From Malacoraja senta (Eukaryota), in NCBI GenBank assembly GCA_038087875.1, contig CM075988.1:5704001-5768000 (forward strand): a DNA stretch of 64,000 bases, read 5' to 3'. The position numbers were made by a program, and so were the translations under genes. The notes under the pieces were generated by a model. The model saw only the letters and a list, made by a program, of their open reading frames with translations. It ran no database searches and was not told where the DNA came from. Shown here one piece after another: positions 39,716-52,570 of this stretch; positions within the stretch are counted from its first letter, which is position 1; each line of letters starts with the position of its first letter.

Positions 39716-40276
39716 TGCATCCGCTGCTCTAGGTGTCAGCGGCTCTGCATCGGTGAGACCAAGCGTAGACTTGGCAATTGCTTCGCCCAACACCTCCGCT
39801 CGGTTTGCAATAACCAAAGATACTAGAGCGGAGAACTGCAAATGCTGGTTAAATCGATGATAAACACAAAATGCTCTGCTCTATGATCTTTGGCAATAAC
39901 GAACCTGATCTCCCGGTGGCTTAGCACTTCAACTACCCCTCCCATTCCGAATCCGACCTTTCTGTCCTGGACCTCCTCCATGGCCAGAGCGAGTCCCACT
40001 ATAAATTGCAGGAGCAGCACCTCATATTTCGCTTGGGTAGTTTACACCCGAGCGGTATGAACATAGACTTCTCCAATTTCAGGTAGTCCCTCTATTTCCC
40101 TCTTTCCCCTCCCCTTCTCAGCAGTCCCACAGCCCACTGTCTCCGCATCTTCCTTTCTTCTTCCTGTCCCCCCCATCCCCTCATCAGTCCGAAGAAGGGT
40201 CTCGACCCGAAACGTCATCCATTCCTTCGCTCCATAGATGCTGCCTGTCCCGCTGAGTTTCTCCAGCATTTTTATC
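39716..40276 (+). mobile_element. Penelope-like 3' fragment (GIY-YIG remnant plus hammerhead-bearing pLTR-like end)
   Basis: CIRCSRCQRLCIGETKRRLGNCFAQHLRSV, followed downstream by the hammerhead-like motif at about 40189. Confidence 0.8.
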
Positions 40277-40476
40277 NNNNNNNNNNNNNNNNNNNNNNNN
40301 NNNNNNNNNNNNNNNNNNNNNNNNNNNNNNNNNNNNNNNNNNNNNNNNNNNNNNNNNNNNNNNNNNNNNNNNNNNNNNNNNNNNNNNNNNNNNNNNNNNN
40401 NNNNNNNNNNNNNNNNNNNNNNNNNNNNNNNNNNNNNNNNNNNNNNNNNNNNNNNNNNNNNNNNNNNNNNNNNNNN
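40277..40476. other. Assembly gap (200 N)
   Basis: Run of n. Confidence 1.
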
Positions 40477-43400
40477 AGGTTAATTACTTTGGTATAAGTG
40501 TAAATTGTCCCTAGTGTGTGTAGGATAGTGTTGGGATCGCTGGTTGGTGTGGGCTCGCTGTATCTCTAAACTAAACTAAGCTCAACACCGCCACCCACTG
40601 GACATCCTCATGATAACTTTGTACATCTGCACCCAGTCTACAGAACGGTTCCAACCCAAAACGTCACCTAAGATAGACACAAAATAATGGAGTAACTGGA
40701 CCAGGCCCAGGCAGCATCTGAGAATAGAAGGAATGATTTCAGACTGATCTATCCATGTTCTCCAGAGATGCTCCCTGACCCGCAGCACTTTGTGTATTTC
40801 TTTGTAAACAAGCATCTGCAGTTCCTGTACAACTATCAGTGGTAAGATTTCAGAATCATAAAATTCTGAGCATCTCACAGATATTGTACCAGCCTTTAAT
40901 ATCCTCAACCCAAGACAGGACTGCCCCATACATTCGCTCTTACTCATTGGAACTGATGACGCATTTTCACTCTCCCGATCCTAATCCCTAAATCTTTCCC
41001 AATATTAATCCTGATCTTGACGTTAATCCCATCCCAGTCCCAGTCGCAACACTGGTCCGAAAGCAAATTCCAATGAAAAATCCCGCTCTAATCCCAAACA
41101 CCCAGCAAAAGCCTTAATTGATCGATTGATTGAAAGTGATTGATTGATTGATTAATCAATTGATTGTTTGATTGATCAGTCAATTGGTTGGTTGGTCGGT
41201 TGATTGATCGATCGATTGATTGATGAAAGATACAGCATGTAACACGCCCTTTAAATTGAGAGGGACAAGATGTTATAAGAACATGACGGCAAATTTTTCA
41301 CTCATCAGCCATGATCACAGTGAATGGCGGTGCTGGCTCGAAGGGCTGAATGGCCTACTCCTGCACCTACTGTCTATTGGTGGATATATGGAACAAGCTG
41401 CCAGAAGGGGTAGATGAGGCAGGTACCATAACAATACTTAAAAGTCTCTTGGACGGGAGTATGGATAGAAAAGGTTCAGAGAGATATGGGCCAGACATGG
41501 GCAGGTGGGACTGTTAATATTGACCAAATTAAAGACACCATAAAATGGAGGATCCCTGCATTTGTCAAAATTGCTTAACCTTTGTCAGTGGAAATTTACA
41601 GGTTGTGGATGGCGCCGACCAGTCTGAGCATCAGATTGATATGTAGAGATGAAGGATCCAGGTGTTCTCCTCATTTCCCCCTTAATCGATAAAATGTATA
41701 AAACTCTGCAAACAAACTTAAATGCATTAATGTGATTGGATTACTGCAAACGAATTGTAAATAGTGTAAATAATGTTGCGAGACAGTTACCCTGCTGTTT
41801 GTTGATTGGACAAAGTGTTAAGCCCTGGCTTGTTTGTATGAGTTCCAGGATAAATGTTGCATTATTCTGTTAAGTTAGCTTCCTTCCAGAAGCTTCACCC
41901 AAAAACAATGTATGGGAGACTCAGTTATTGGTTTGGGGAACTGTCAATAATGTATTGAGATAATTAATATGTTTGATTGGATTGTAAAGAGACCACCTCT
42001 ATGTAGTTCGGCCCCTCAAGGTTCGTGGACCTATAAAAGGTGGCTCGATCTTAGATCACGGTCGATCTTCTGGAAGTGCGCTTGGGACTGCGTGACCTTT
42101 TGGAGTGTGTCTGCTTGCACGAGGCTGAAGGGCTTGGTCAGGCAGAGACAAGGATCGAACCCGCGGTGATTTAGGTATCGCATAGAGGAATTTGCTGTTT
42201 AATCTAAAAATAAAGATTAGTTGTTCCAGTGCTTGACTCAGTGGTTTTTGACTGAACTAGACTGGGGGGTAAGCTTGAGAAGAGCGTATTTACAGGACTA
42301 GCTTCGATGGGGCATCAGTCAGCATGGATAAGTTGGGCTGAAGGGCCTGTTTCGGTGCTTTCTGACAAGGACTCCTGAAGGAAGGTTTGTTTTACTCGGA
42401 GTCCACTCATAAGCTGTGAAGAAAATTGCAAGGCAGTCTGGAGAAATAATGACTTGCAGGGCTGTGGTGATGGTGGGATGGTTGGGATGATGGGACCACT
42501 CTACTTGGAGCTGGGGTCTACCCAACTGGCTGGAAGGTCTCTTGTGGTGTAATGAATCTCTGATTGAAGGAACAGCACCTCATACTCCACTTGGCAGCTT
42601 GCAACCCAGTGGTATAAATATTGACATCTCTAACTTCAAGTAACCCTTGCTTTCCCTCTCTCTCCATCCCTCCTCTTCCTAGTTCTCCAACCAATCTGAC
42701 TGTCCCTTTGATTATGCTTTGATCTCACCTTCTCCAGCTAACAATGATCTATTCTACATTTTCCTTGTTCACCATACACTTTGATGTCTCGTTTTCACAC
42801 CTTACACTTCCTTATCTCTGTGTCTCCCACTCGCCTGACTCTGAAGAAGGGTCTTGATCCGAAACGTCACCCATTCCTTCTATCCAGAGATGCTGCCTGT
42901 CCCACTGAGTTACTCCAGCATTGTGTGTCTCCCTGATTCGTGATATCCTTGCCAATTCCATCAACAATGACACACAGAGGCTGCAATGTGCACCAACTAC
43001 AAAATGCACTGTGGTTACCCATCCAGTAGCCCCCAATCCCTCCACCACCACCTGCAGCCCCTCTAACGTAGAAATAGAACATCGAGCAGTACAGCACAGA
43101 AGCAGCCCCTTCGGCCCGCAATGTCTATGCCAAACATTATGCAAGTTTTAAAAAATCTATACCTTTCCATTCTCTGCATATCCATGTGCCTATCTAAATG
43201 TCTCATAAGCTACTATCATATCTGCTTCAACACCAGTCTGGCAGCATGTTCCAGGCTTCCTGCACATCTCCTTTAAACGTAGCGCTTCTCACCTTAAAGC
43301 TATGCCCTCTAATTAGTTTAGTTTAGTTTAGTTTGGAGATACAATGGGGAAGCAGGCCCTTTGGCCCACTGAGTCCACACCGACCAGCAATCCCTGCACA

Positions 43401-46400
43401 TTAACACTACCCTAAACACACTAGGGACAATTTTACATTTATAACCGTCAATTAATCTACAAAGCTGTACATCCTTGGTGTGTGTCACGGGGAGAACGTA
43501 CAAACTCCACACAGACAGCACCCGTAGTTGGCGTGGAACCCGGGTCTCTGGCGCTGTAAGGCAGTAACTCTAACGTTTGGCCACCGTGCTGCCCTTATCT
43601 TTGATATTTCCTCCCTGGGATAAAGGTACTGACTGTCTATCCTAACTATGTGTCTCATAATTTTACAAATTTCTATCAGGTCTCCCCACAACCTCTGCCA
43701 TTCTAGCGAAAACAATCCAAGTTTGTCCCTCTCCTTATAGCTAAAACCCTCTAATCCAGGCAGCATTCTGGTAAACCTCTTCTGGCCCCTCTCCAAAGCT
43801 TCCACATCCTTCCTGTAATGGGGCGACCAGAACTTCACACAATACTCTACACGCGGCCTAACCAAAGTCCGATAAAGCTGCAACATGACTTCCTGACTCT
43901 TGTATTCAATGCCCCGACCGATGAACAGTAAGCAAACTGTTTACCCTTATTTACTACTTGTGCTCCCACTTTCAGGGAGCTATGGACTTGGACCACAAAT
44001 GGTTTTGGAAATGTATTGATGTTCATTCCCCATTTCTGGGTGTAAATCCTGAAAAACTATCCCCTTTCCCCTCCCCCTCCCCCCCCCCCCCCCCTCTCCC
44101 TCTCCTCCCACAGCATGGGAGTTCCCTCACCAGGGCTACAACTGTTCAAGAAGGGAGCTCTCCAGCACCTTCGCAAGGGCAATTGTTTGATTGAAAGACA
44201 CAGCACGGAAACAGGCCCTTCGCCACCCCCCCCCCCCCCACCAAGTCCACACTGACCATCAATCACCCGTCCACACTAGTTCTATGTTATCCCACTTTCT
44301 CATCCACTCCCTACACACTCAGAATGATTTACAGAGGGCCAATTAAATTACAAACCCGCACGTCTTTGGGATGTGGGGTGAAACCGGAACGCCCGGAGAA
44401 AGCCCACGTGGCTACAGGGAGAATGCGCAAACACAGACACGCAGACAACACCTGAGGTCAGGATTGAACCCGGGTCTCTGATGCTGTGGGGCAGCTGTTC
44501 TACCCGCTGCTCCACTGCGCTGTCCTTGGGGATGCACAGTACATGCTGACCCAGCTGAGAAGATCTCGATCCCAAGCTTTAAATGCTGAGTCTGATGCCT
44601 TCATGGAGGGAGGGTTTCAAGGAGGCGAGGAAATCTGCTTGCACGGAATTCATTACCAATAATGCATTGACGATGCTCCAATGCTGATGTTCTCCCATCG
44701 CCCCACATGAGGTTCTACCATGCAGTCAGACTTGCTCAGGTTCAATGAACCAAAGGGCGGCATGGTGGTGCAGCGGTAGTGTTGCTACCTTACAGCGCTT
44801 GTAGCGCTGGAGACCCGGGTTCGATCCCAACTACAGGTGCTGTCTGTATGGAGTTTGCATGTTTTCCCCGTGACCGCGTGGGTTTTCTCCGAGATCTTCG
44901 GTTTCCTCCCACATTCCAAAGGTTAATTGGCTTGGTATGATTGTAAGTTGCCCCTGGTGTGTGTAGGACTGGTGTGCAGGGACCGCTGGTCGATGCGGAC
45001 TCGGTGGGCCAAAGGGCCTGTTAACGAGCTGTATCTCTAAACTAAACTAAACTAAGATACCAGGTTGCTATTGGGTTCCAGAACAACTATCACTCTCACT
45101 GGATTTAATCCCAGCCTACTCCCAAACTATCCAGCAGTTAAACTGCCCATTCTAGTTTCCACGATGACCATTACGTCCAGTGGGAAGAGGGACATTTTCA
45201 TCAGTTTCCCCTCAACCTGTTTTCAACCCAAGGTGATCTTGATACATTTAGTTTAGGGATACAGCATAGGAACAGACCCTTTGGCCCATCGAGTCCATAC
45301 TGACCATTGATCACCCGTTCACACTTGTTCTATGTTGTCTGATTTATCATCCACTCCCTAGATACCAGGGACAATTCATGCAGAGGCCAATGAACCTTTA
45401 AACCCACACGCCTTTGGGATGTGGGAGGAATCCGGAGCACCTGGAGGAAACCAGCGTGGTCACCTGGAGACCGTGCAAACTCCACACACACAGCACCTGA
45501 GGTCAGAATCAAACGTGGGTCTGCAATGCTCTGATTCTATTTGAGATGGCAATAGTTCTAAGATCCCGTAACAATGAGAAAAACATGCTTCCACCTTGAA
45601 GAAATCCATTAATCTTAGACAAAAGCATGGACAGGAGTCTATTCATGACCGTCGGCATTGCATTAGTAAAAAAAAGAATTTTAACCAGAATTAAAACTTC
45701 ATTTATTATAGATTACATTCTCAAAAATAATCTGATATCTCAATTTTTAATTCAAGTAATGAAGATTAAAAAAAAATAACATTTGACTTTAAAAATACTC
45801 TAATTTTATTGCAGCACTAACCTGACAACACAGCAGTTTTGAAAGAGCCTCTATCAGTCATTTCCTTCGACCATTTGGAATGTGGACGTGATTGTAAGCT
45901 GGACACAAATGCTGGAGCAACTCTGCGGGACAGGCAGCATCTCTGGAGAGAGGTGCTGTTTGTCCCACTGAGTTACTCCAGCGTTTTGTGTCGATCTTCT
46001 TCGATTTAAACCAGCATCTGCAGTTCTTTCCTACACTTATTGTGAGCTGGTCTCACTTGGGGAAGTCACACTAAACCTGTCCAGTAGGGGGAGCTCCCTG
46101 GAGGGGCAATGTTAGCAAGACGAGGGGCAACGCAGCAGCGATCTTCTCACACCCAGAGTTTAGTTTAGTTTAGAGATACAGCAGGGAAACAGGCCCTTCG
46201 GCCCACCGATTCCGCATCGACCAGCGATCCCCACACATTAACACTACCCTACACACACTAGGGACAAGTTTACAATTTTACCGAAGCCAATTAACCTACA
46301 AACCTGTATGTCTTTGGAGTGCGGGAGGACACCGAAGATCTCGGAGGAAACCCACGAGGTCCCGGGGAGAACGTACAAACTCCGGACAGACAGCACCCGT

Positions 46401-47349
46401 AGTTGGGATCGAACCCGGGTCTCCGGCGCTGTAAGGCAGCAACTCTACTGCTGTGCTACTGTGCCACCCAAAGAGCTACAGGGGAGGGACGGGGCTGGAG
46501 TGGGGCACCGGGCTGAGTCCGCAGATGGTCAACGCAAGTCGGAGCACGGAGAATGAGGACCACACTGAGGGACTCGCGGCGACCAAGGCAGCGTTGATCA
46601 AAGGCAGGCGGGACAGGCATGACGACAGCAGCCAGGGAGGGTACCAGACCTTGATGTGGGGAGGTTCACTGAATGATCACGCTGTTTCCTTAAACACCAG
46701 TGCAGCATGGCCGACAAAAGGATTGGTGGTAGATCACACCTGGCAATGAAATGCTGCAGTCTGGCTGCAGCTAACCTTCCCAGCGTCTGCATCCGCTGCT
46801 CTAGGTGTCAGCAGCTCTGCATCGGTGAGACCAAGCGTAGACTTGGCAATTGCTTCGCCCAACACCTCCGCTCGGTTTGCAATAACCAATGATACTAGAG
46901 CGGAGAACTGCAAATGCTGGTTAAATCGATGATAGACACAAAATGCTCTGCTCTATGATCTTTGGCAATAACCAACCTGATCTCCCGGTGGCTTAGCACT
47001 TCAACTACCCCTCCCATTCCGAATCCGACCTTTCTGTCCTGGACCTCCTCCATGGCCAGAGCGAGTCCCACTATAAATTGGAGGAGCAGCACCTCATATT
47101 TCGCTTGGGTAGTTTACACCCGAGCGGTATGAACATAGACTTCTCCAATTTCAGGGAGTCCCTGCTTTTTCCCTCTTTCCCCTCCCCTTCTCAGCACTCC
47201 CACAGCCCACTGTCTCCGCCTCTTCCTTTCTTCTTCCTGTCCCCCCCATCCCCTCATCAGTCTGAAGAAGGGTCTCGACCCGAAACGTCATCCATTCCTT
47301 CGCTCCATAGATGCTGCCTGTCCCGCTGAGTTTCTCCAGCATTTTTATC
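40477..47349 (+). repeat. 6.9-kb duplicated block, copy B
   Basis: Starts exactly at the gap; collinear with 33476-40276. Confidence 0.95.
41512..42294 (+). mobile_element. Solo LTR (counterpart of 34527-35305)
   Basis: Same termini and GGAC TSD. Confidence 0.85.
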
Positions 47350-47571
47350 TACCTGCGATTGTTCCAGCATCTGCAGTTCCTTCTTAAACACTCCCAGGGT
47401 CTTTCCTCATTTGAGACTGGAGGATTGGTGCTAGTCCACCACGCCACACCTGCTGTTTTGATTGAATTGATTGATAGGTTCAGCGTGGAAACAAGCCCGT
47501 TGGCCCACCGAGTCCACGCTGCCCATCTTCCACTAGTTCTATGTTATCCCACTTTCTCATCCACTCTCCAC

Positions 47572-48060
47572 GAGGTTCACGAGATTGATCCCTGGGATGG
47601 CGGGACTGTCATATGAGGAAAGATTGAAAAGACTGGGCTTGTATTCACTGGAATTTAGAAGGATGTGGGGGGATCTTATAGAAACATATAAAATTATAAA
47701 TGGACTGGACAAGCTAGATGCAGGAAAAATGTTCCCAATGTTGGGCGAGTCCAGAACCAGGGGCCACAGTTTTAGAATAATGGGGAGGCCATTTAAGACT
47801 GAGGTGAGAAAAAACGTTTTCACCCAGAGAGTTGTGAATTTGTGGAATTCCCTGCCACAGAGGGCAATGGAGGCCGAATCACTGGATGGATTTAAGAGAG
47901 AGTTAGATAGAGCTCTAGGGGCTGGTGGAATCAAGGGATATGGGGAGAAGGCAGGCACGGGTTATTGATTGGGGATGGTCAGCCATGATCACAATGAATG
48001 GCGGTGCTGGCTCGAAGGGCCGAATGGCCTCCTCCTACACCTATTTTCTATGTTTCTATT
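47572..48060 (+). mobile_element. CR1 LINE 3' fragment
   Basis: IPGMAGLSYEERLKRLGLYSLEF...; tatgtttc tail. Confidence 0.9.
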
Positions 48061-48910
48061 TTTCTACTAGGGGGGATTTTCTACAGAGGGCCAATTCACC
48101 TTCAAACCCAACATCTTTGGGATGTGTGAGGAAATCGGAGCACCCGGAGGAAACCCACTTGGTCACAGGGCGAACATGCAAACTCCACACAGGCAGCACC
48201 GAAGGTCATGACCAAACCCGGGTCTCCAGCGCTGTGAGGCAGCAGCTCTACCCGCTGCACCACTGCGCTGCCCCAAATGGTGCGAGGGAACCAGAGAACA
48301 TAGGTTTAAGGCGTGAAGGGAAAAAAGTAATAGGAACCTGAGGGGCAACTTTTTTACACAAAGGGTGGTAGGTGTATAGAGGAAGTAATTGAGGCAGGTA
48401 CTATCACAATGTTTAAAAAAGATTTGGACATGTACACGGATTGTACAGGGTTAGAGGGTTATGGGTCAAATGCAAGCAGGTGGGCCTAGTGTAGAAGGGA
48501 CATGTTGGTTGGCAGAGGCAAGTTGGGGGCGAACGGCGTGTTTCCATGACTATGACCATGTATCATCACGGCTGGCGTATGAGACTCCCCTCCCATTATT
48601 ACACCGGGTGTGAGAGAGGCCACCTCTCCCCCCCCCACTCTATCTCACACCTGGCCCAAGAGACCCTTCCATTCATGACACGTGAGCTTGGGCAGTTGAT
48701 CCTTGCTTCACAGCTGACCTGCGTCGTTCCCCTCAGTCTACCCCATCTTGCTGCCACAGCCCCGCCTGGTACCACGGCTGGCCCGTGAGTTGTGCTGAGG
48801 TTGTGCACCCGGAGTACAAGGGCAGCGATCATTGTGGACGGGGTATATAATGACCTGTAAAAGCAGTGAGAGGCACCAGCGCAAGGTTGATCACAGTTTC
48901 AAACACACTT

Positions 48911-50020
48911 TCACATCTTGGTCTCATTGACCTCAATGACCTGCACCGCCAGGTTGTCATAGGACCTCTTCACATTGCCCTTCATCTCCTTCTCAGTCTC
49001 TAGACAGTATGCACAGTGAGGGGTGTCCACCTGCACTGTCTTGCCAAAGTTGGAGAAGTCAACCCTATATTTCCCCTCCTTGGATTTGGAGACAATGGGT
49101 GCGAAGCGGTAGCCCCAGAAGACTTCCTCTGGGATGTAGGATGTCCGGACCTGGCATGTGCCACTGGTGGCTTCTATTGTGCCGTCCAGGAAGACCACCA
49201 GCTCAATATCCTGCTCCTTGATGGTCTCTGCGGACATCTCATAGAAGGGGCTGGTTTTATCAATGATGTGGTAGATGGTGAGCGGGGAGATAAAGAACAG
49301 GTTCTCATTGCCAGCGTCGACTACGAAGTTGATGTTGACCTGGTCCATGATGATGGTCTCGCCCTCCAGCGTCACCGTGGTTTTCAACAGTTTGCCGTAG
49401 ATGTGGCTGCCGATTAGCAGGCTCTTCCTGAGGTTGGCCACTCGGATGAGGAGGCAGAGCTTGCCCCCGCGTTTGCTGATCACGGCGCTCTTGCTGAAGG
49501 TGATGGTCTTGGCCCGCTTCTTGGGCCGGGAGATCTTGGCCAGAATCGCTCCGCACATGAAGGAGTTGACGATGACCCCCAGGATGGACTGAGCCACCAG
49601 CAGGAAGATCGCCTCGCCGCACTGCTCCGTCACACATCGGAAGCCGTAACCGATGGTGACCTGAGTCTCCAGCGAGAAGAGAAAGGCACTAGTCAACCCG
49701 TTGATGTTCTGCACACAAGGGATGTGCTTGAGAGAAGGGGTGAATTCGGGCAGATCCCTGTGCACGTAAGCCACAGCGTACCACAGCAAGCCAAAGAGAA
49801 ACCAACTGCCTAGAAACGCGGTGATGAAGATGGCCATCTGGTACCTCCACTTGAGATCAAGAACCGTTGTCCAAATATCCACAAGGAAGCCAACCTTTGA
49901 ATGCTCCCTCACGTTTCCAAACTCTATGTTACACCTTCCATCCTTGGAGACCAGCCGAGCCCTCCGGCGAACACGCCCTGACTGGTTTCTGGGGAATCTC
50001 CCGCGGAGGTACTTGAACAT
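48911..50020 (-). CDS. KCNJ1: Inward-rectifier K+ channel Kir1.1 (ROMK), single coding exon, ROMK2-like N-terminus
   Basis: Intact 369-aa ORF. It has [18 protein letters not shown], the filter [15 protein letters not shown]2 [37 protein letters not shown] and C-terminal EVNETKM, collinear with mammalian ROMK2. Confidence 0.97.
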   Translation of the reverse strand: MFKYLRGRFPRNQSGRVRRRARLVSKDGRCNIEFGNVREHSKVGFLVDIWTTVLDLKWRYQMAIFITAFLGSWFLFGLLWYAVAYVHRDLPEFTPSLKHIPCVQNINGLTSAFLFSLETQVTIGYGFRCVTEQCGEAIFLLVAQSILGVIVNSFMCGAILAKISRPKKRAKTITFSKSAVISKRGGKLCLLIRVANLRKSLLIGSHIYGKLLKTTVTLEGETIIMDQVNINFVVDAGNENLFFISPLTIYHIIDKTSPFYEMSAETIKEQDIELVVFLDGTIEATSGTCQVRTSYIPEEVFWGYRFAPIVSKSKEGKYRVDFSNFGKTVQVDTPHCAYCLETEKEMKGNVKRSYDNLAVQVIEVNETKM

Positions 50021-50043
50021 GACGTGGGGAGATATCCGTTAAT

Positions 50044-50062
50044 CTGTGAAGACAATGCCAAC
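50044..50062 (-). other. Probable splice acceptor of the KCNJ1 coding exon (exon starts at 50043)
   Basis: Minus strand reads ttgttggcattgtcttcacAG|attaacgg..., 23 nt upstream of the ATG. Mammalian KCNJ1 has an acceptor at a similar position. Confidence 0.7.
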
Positions 50063-51279
50063 AAACGTGTTAAACCCATTATTCACACCCCAGTGATCTC
50101 AGAGTACATTCCATACACATTGCGGCCATTAAACTGGGGCCGAAACTAGATTTTATCACGTCTCCCGAAATTACAACCCGCGCCAGTATTTTTATTAAAC
50201 GCTTGACTTCGAGAAAAATGGCCTGCTGAAAGTGCCCGTAAATACTTCAAACAATAACTGGTTACACATTGGGACAAATCGGACCAATGCCGGTTAATGG
50301 TCAACCAGAAGTTAATGCTAAGGTGACAAATGAGGAAGATAAAAGAAGGGAAAGTTCCTCCAGGACATTTTTCATCCTTCAAGCTAAAGTGTGAAGGTTA
50401 CACATCAAGGTAAGGAACCAAGCCACCAAGTTACAAGATTGTGATCACACACCTCCTCTACATCAGTGGGACCGAGAACCACTTCCCCGAACCCTTGCGT
50501 TCTGTCCACCAGGGCCATTTGGATCACCATTTTAACTCCGCTTTCCATTTCCATACCGATCTTTCCTGGGCCTCCTCCACTGCCAGAGTGAGGCCACACG
50601 CAAATTGGAAGAACATCACCTATTCCGCTTGGTATGAACGTTGTATTCTACACTTTCAAGTAAAACCCATGAACATCTCTCTATTTTGCCCTCCTCCACC
50701 CCCACCCCAGTGCGTACACATTTCAGCTAATTCCCCCCACTACCCTTCTCATCTACCCAGTGGCCCACTGCCTTCTTTCACCTTTCTTTCCTCTTTCCTC
50801 TGCACCATCATCGTTCCTTGCCTCTCTTCCATCTCCTCCACCCGTTCTTCTCCCACACCCTCCCCACCCTGGGTCTACCATCATCCCTCCCTCCTTCTCT
50901 AGATCCCAATCCCCATCTTCCTTCTTATCAGGTTCCACCATTTGCATCCTTTTGTCTTCAGCCTTGGTCGCTATCTTCACTTTCTCCCCCCCTCCCCCCC
51001 CCCACCGGACTCATCTGCCCATCAACCCCTCTTCACCTGCTTCCACCAGTCACTTGCCTGACATTGCCCTGTCTCGTGCCCTCACCTCTTCGACCATCCA
51101 TCTCCCTATTACTCCATCAGTCTGAGGAAGGGTCCCAACCCGAAACGTCGTCTGTCCATTTCCCACACAGATGCTGCCTGATCTGCAAACTTCCTCCAGC
51201 AGTTTCCTTTTTGCTCGAGGTTCCAATATCTGCATTCTCTTTCTCTCTAGTCCCTCGTTTAGCTTGGAAAGAGAGAAGA

Positions 51280-51524
51280 GGGCGGCACGGTGGCACAGCG
51301 GTAGAGCTGCTGCCTTTCAGCACTTGCAGCGCCAGAGATTGATCCTGTGTTCGATCCTGACTCTGGCTGCTTATCTGTATGGAGTTTGCATGCTCTCCCC
51401 GTAACCTTCGGTTTCCCCCCACATCAATGTAAAATTGCGAGTATGCGGAGATCACTGGTCGGTGCGGACTCGATGGGCCGAAGGGCCTGTTTCCACGCTG
51501 TATCTCTAAACTAAACTAAACTAA
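51280..51524 (+). mobile_element. V-SINE, internally deleted
   Basis: Head and (ctaaa)n tail. Confidence 0.7.
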
Positions 51525-51879
51525 GGCCTTGCATATAATAATGAGCTAGTCCTAAATTCTCCCAAAGAAGAGGAATTATTTTTGCAATTTAGAAAATATA
51601 GCAGACAATTTTCATGCAGCAAACAGCCATAGACATTTGTCTGATAATCAGCATGTAATCGGGGTCAAGGAAAGAGCGTTCACGTCACGGACCTGTTTCC
51701 AACATTCTTTCCATCGCTACGCACAAGAAGCGACAAGACAGACACCATTGCATGCAGATGCCGAGAAGTGTGTTCAGCTCTGGCTGAACAATGTCTAATC
51801 TTATGTGTGGACATGAAATTTAGAAAATATAGCAGCCAATTTTCATGCAGCAAACAGCCATAGACATTTGTCAGATAAT

Positions 51880-52570
51880 GGCCGCCTCGTCAGCAGTCTG
51901 TCTTGTCCCTTCTCTGTTTTAATTATTTTACGTGTCTTGAATGTTTGTTTTAATGTCTCTTGGTATGTTTTCTGTGGGGGGTGCGGGGGGGGGGGGGCGG
52001 ATCAGGGAAAACTTTTTCCAGTCACTTACCTCGACGGGAGATGTGATTTTTCTCCATGTCGCATCCCCGTCCTCACCTGCGGCCTTTCCTGGAGGCCGGC
52101 CCGGAGCTTCAAGCTGCAGGCGCGGAGCGGACTTACAACCACGGAGCCTGGGATCTTTTGCCGAGGATCGCCAGTGTAGGAGCTCCAACCACGGGGCATG
52201 TGGACTTTAACAGCGTGAAGCCGCGGTCTCCGGTAAGAGGCGGCTGATTCGGGAGTGTTCCGATCCGTCCCTACTCGGAGTTTCGATCATCCCAACGAGA
52301 GGGCTTGAAGAGCGGACCGTCGGCAATGGCAAATGCGGAGGGTTCAGTCCCAACCACGGGTGAACAAAGGAGGCAGGTGACTGAACTTTATTGCCTTCCA
52401 TCACAGTGAGGATTGTGGATTCCCCTGTGGTGGATGTTTATGTTAAATTGTATTTTATGTGGCTGTGTGTATTGTTGCTTTTCTCACTTAGTATGGTGTA
52501 TGGTAACTCAAATTGCACTGTACCTTAATTGTTACATGTGACAATTAAATTGAATCTTGAATCTTGAATC
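51880..52570 (+). mobile_element. GC-rich non-coding retroelement (structured family, diverged copy 3)
   Basis: Same order of modules: gcagtctgtct, T-tract, G-tract, hairpin, ccttccatcacagtgag, 3' stem-loop, (ttgaatc)n tail. Confidence 0.65.

Larger units (their letters stand above)
33476..40276 (+). repeat. 6.8-kb duplicated block, copy A
   Basis: Collinear with 40477-47349; ends exactly at the gap. Confidence 0.95.

Noticed and set aside
49009..50042. Antisense and alternate-frame ORFs over KCNJ1
   Set aside because: Shadow ORFs of GC3-rich coding sequence
52023..52045. U1 snRNA-like acttacctcgacgggagat
   Set aside because: Short, internal, part of hairpin 1 and absent from the other family copies
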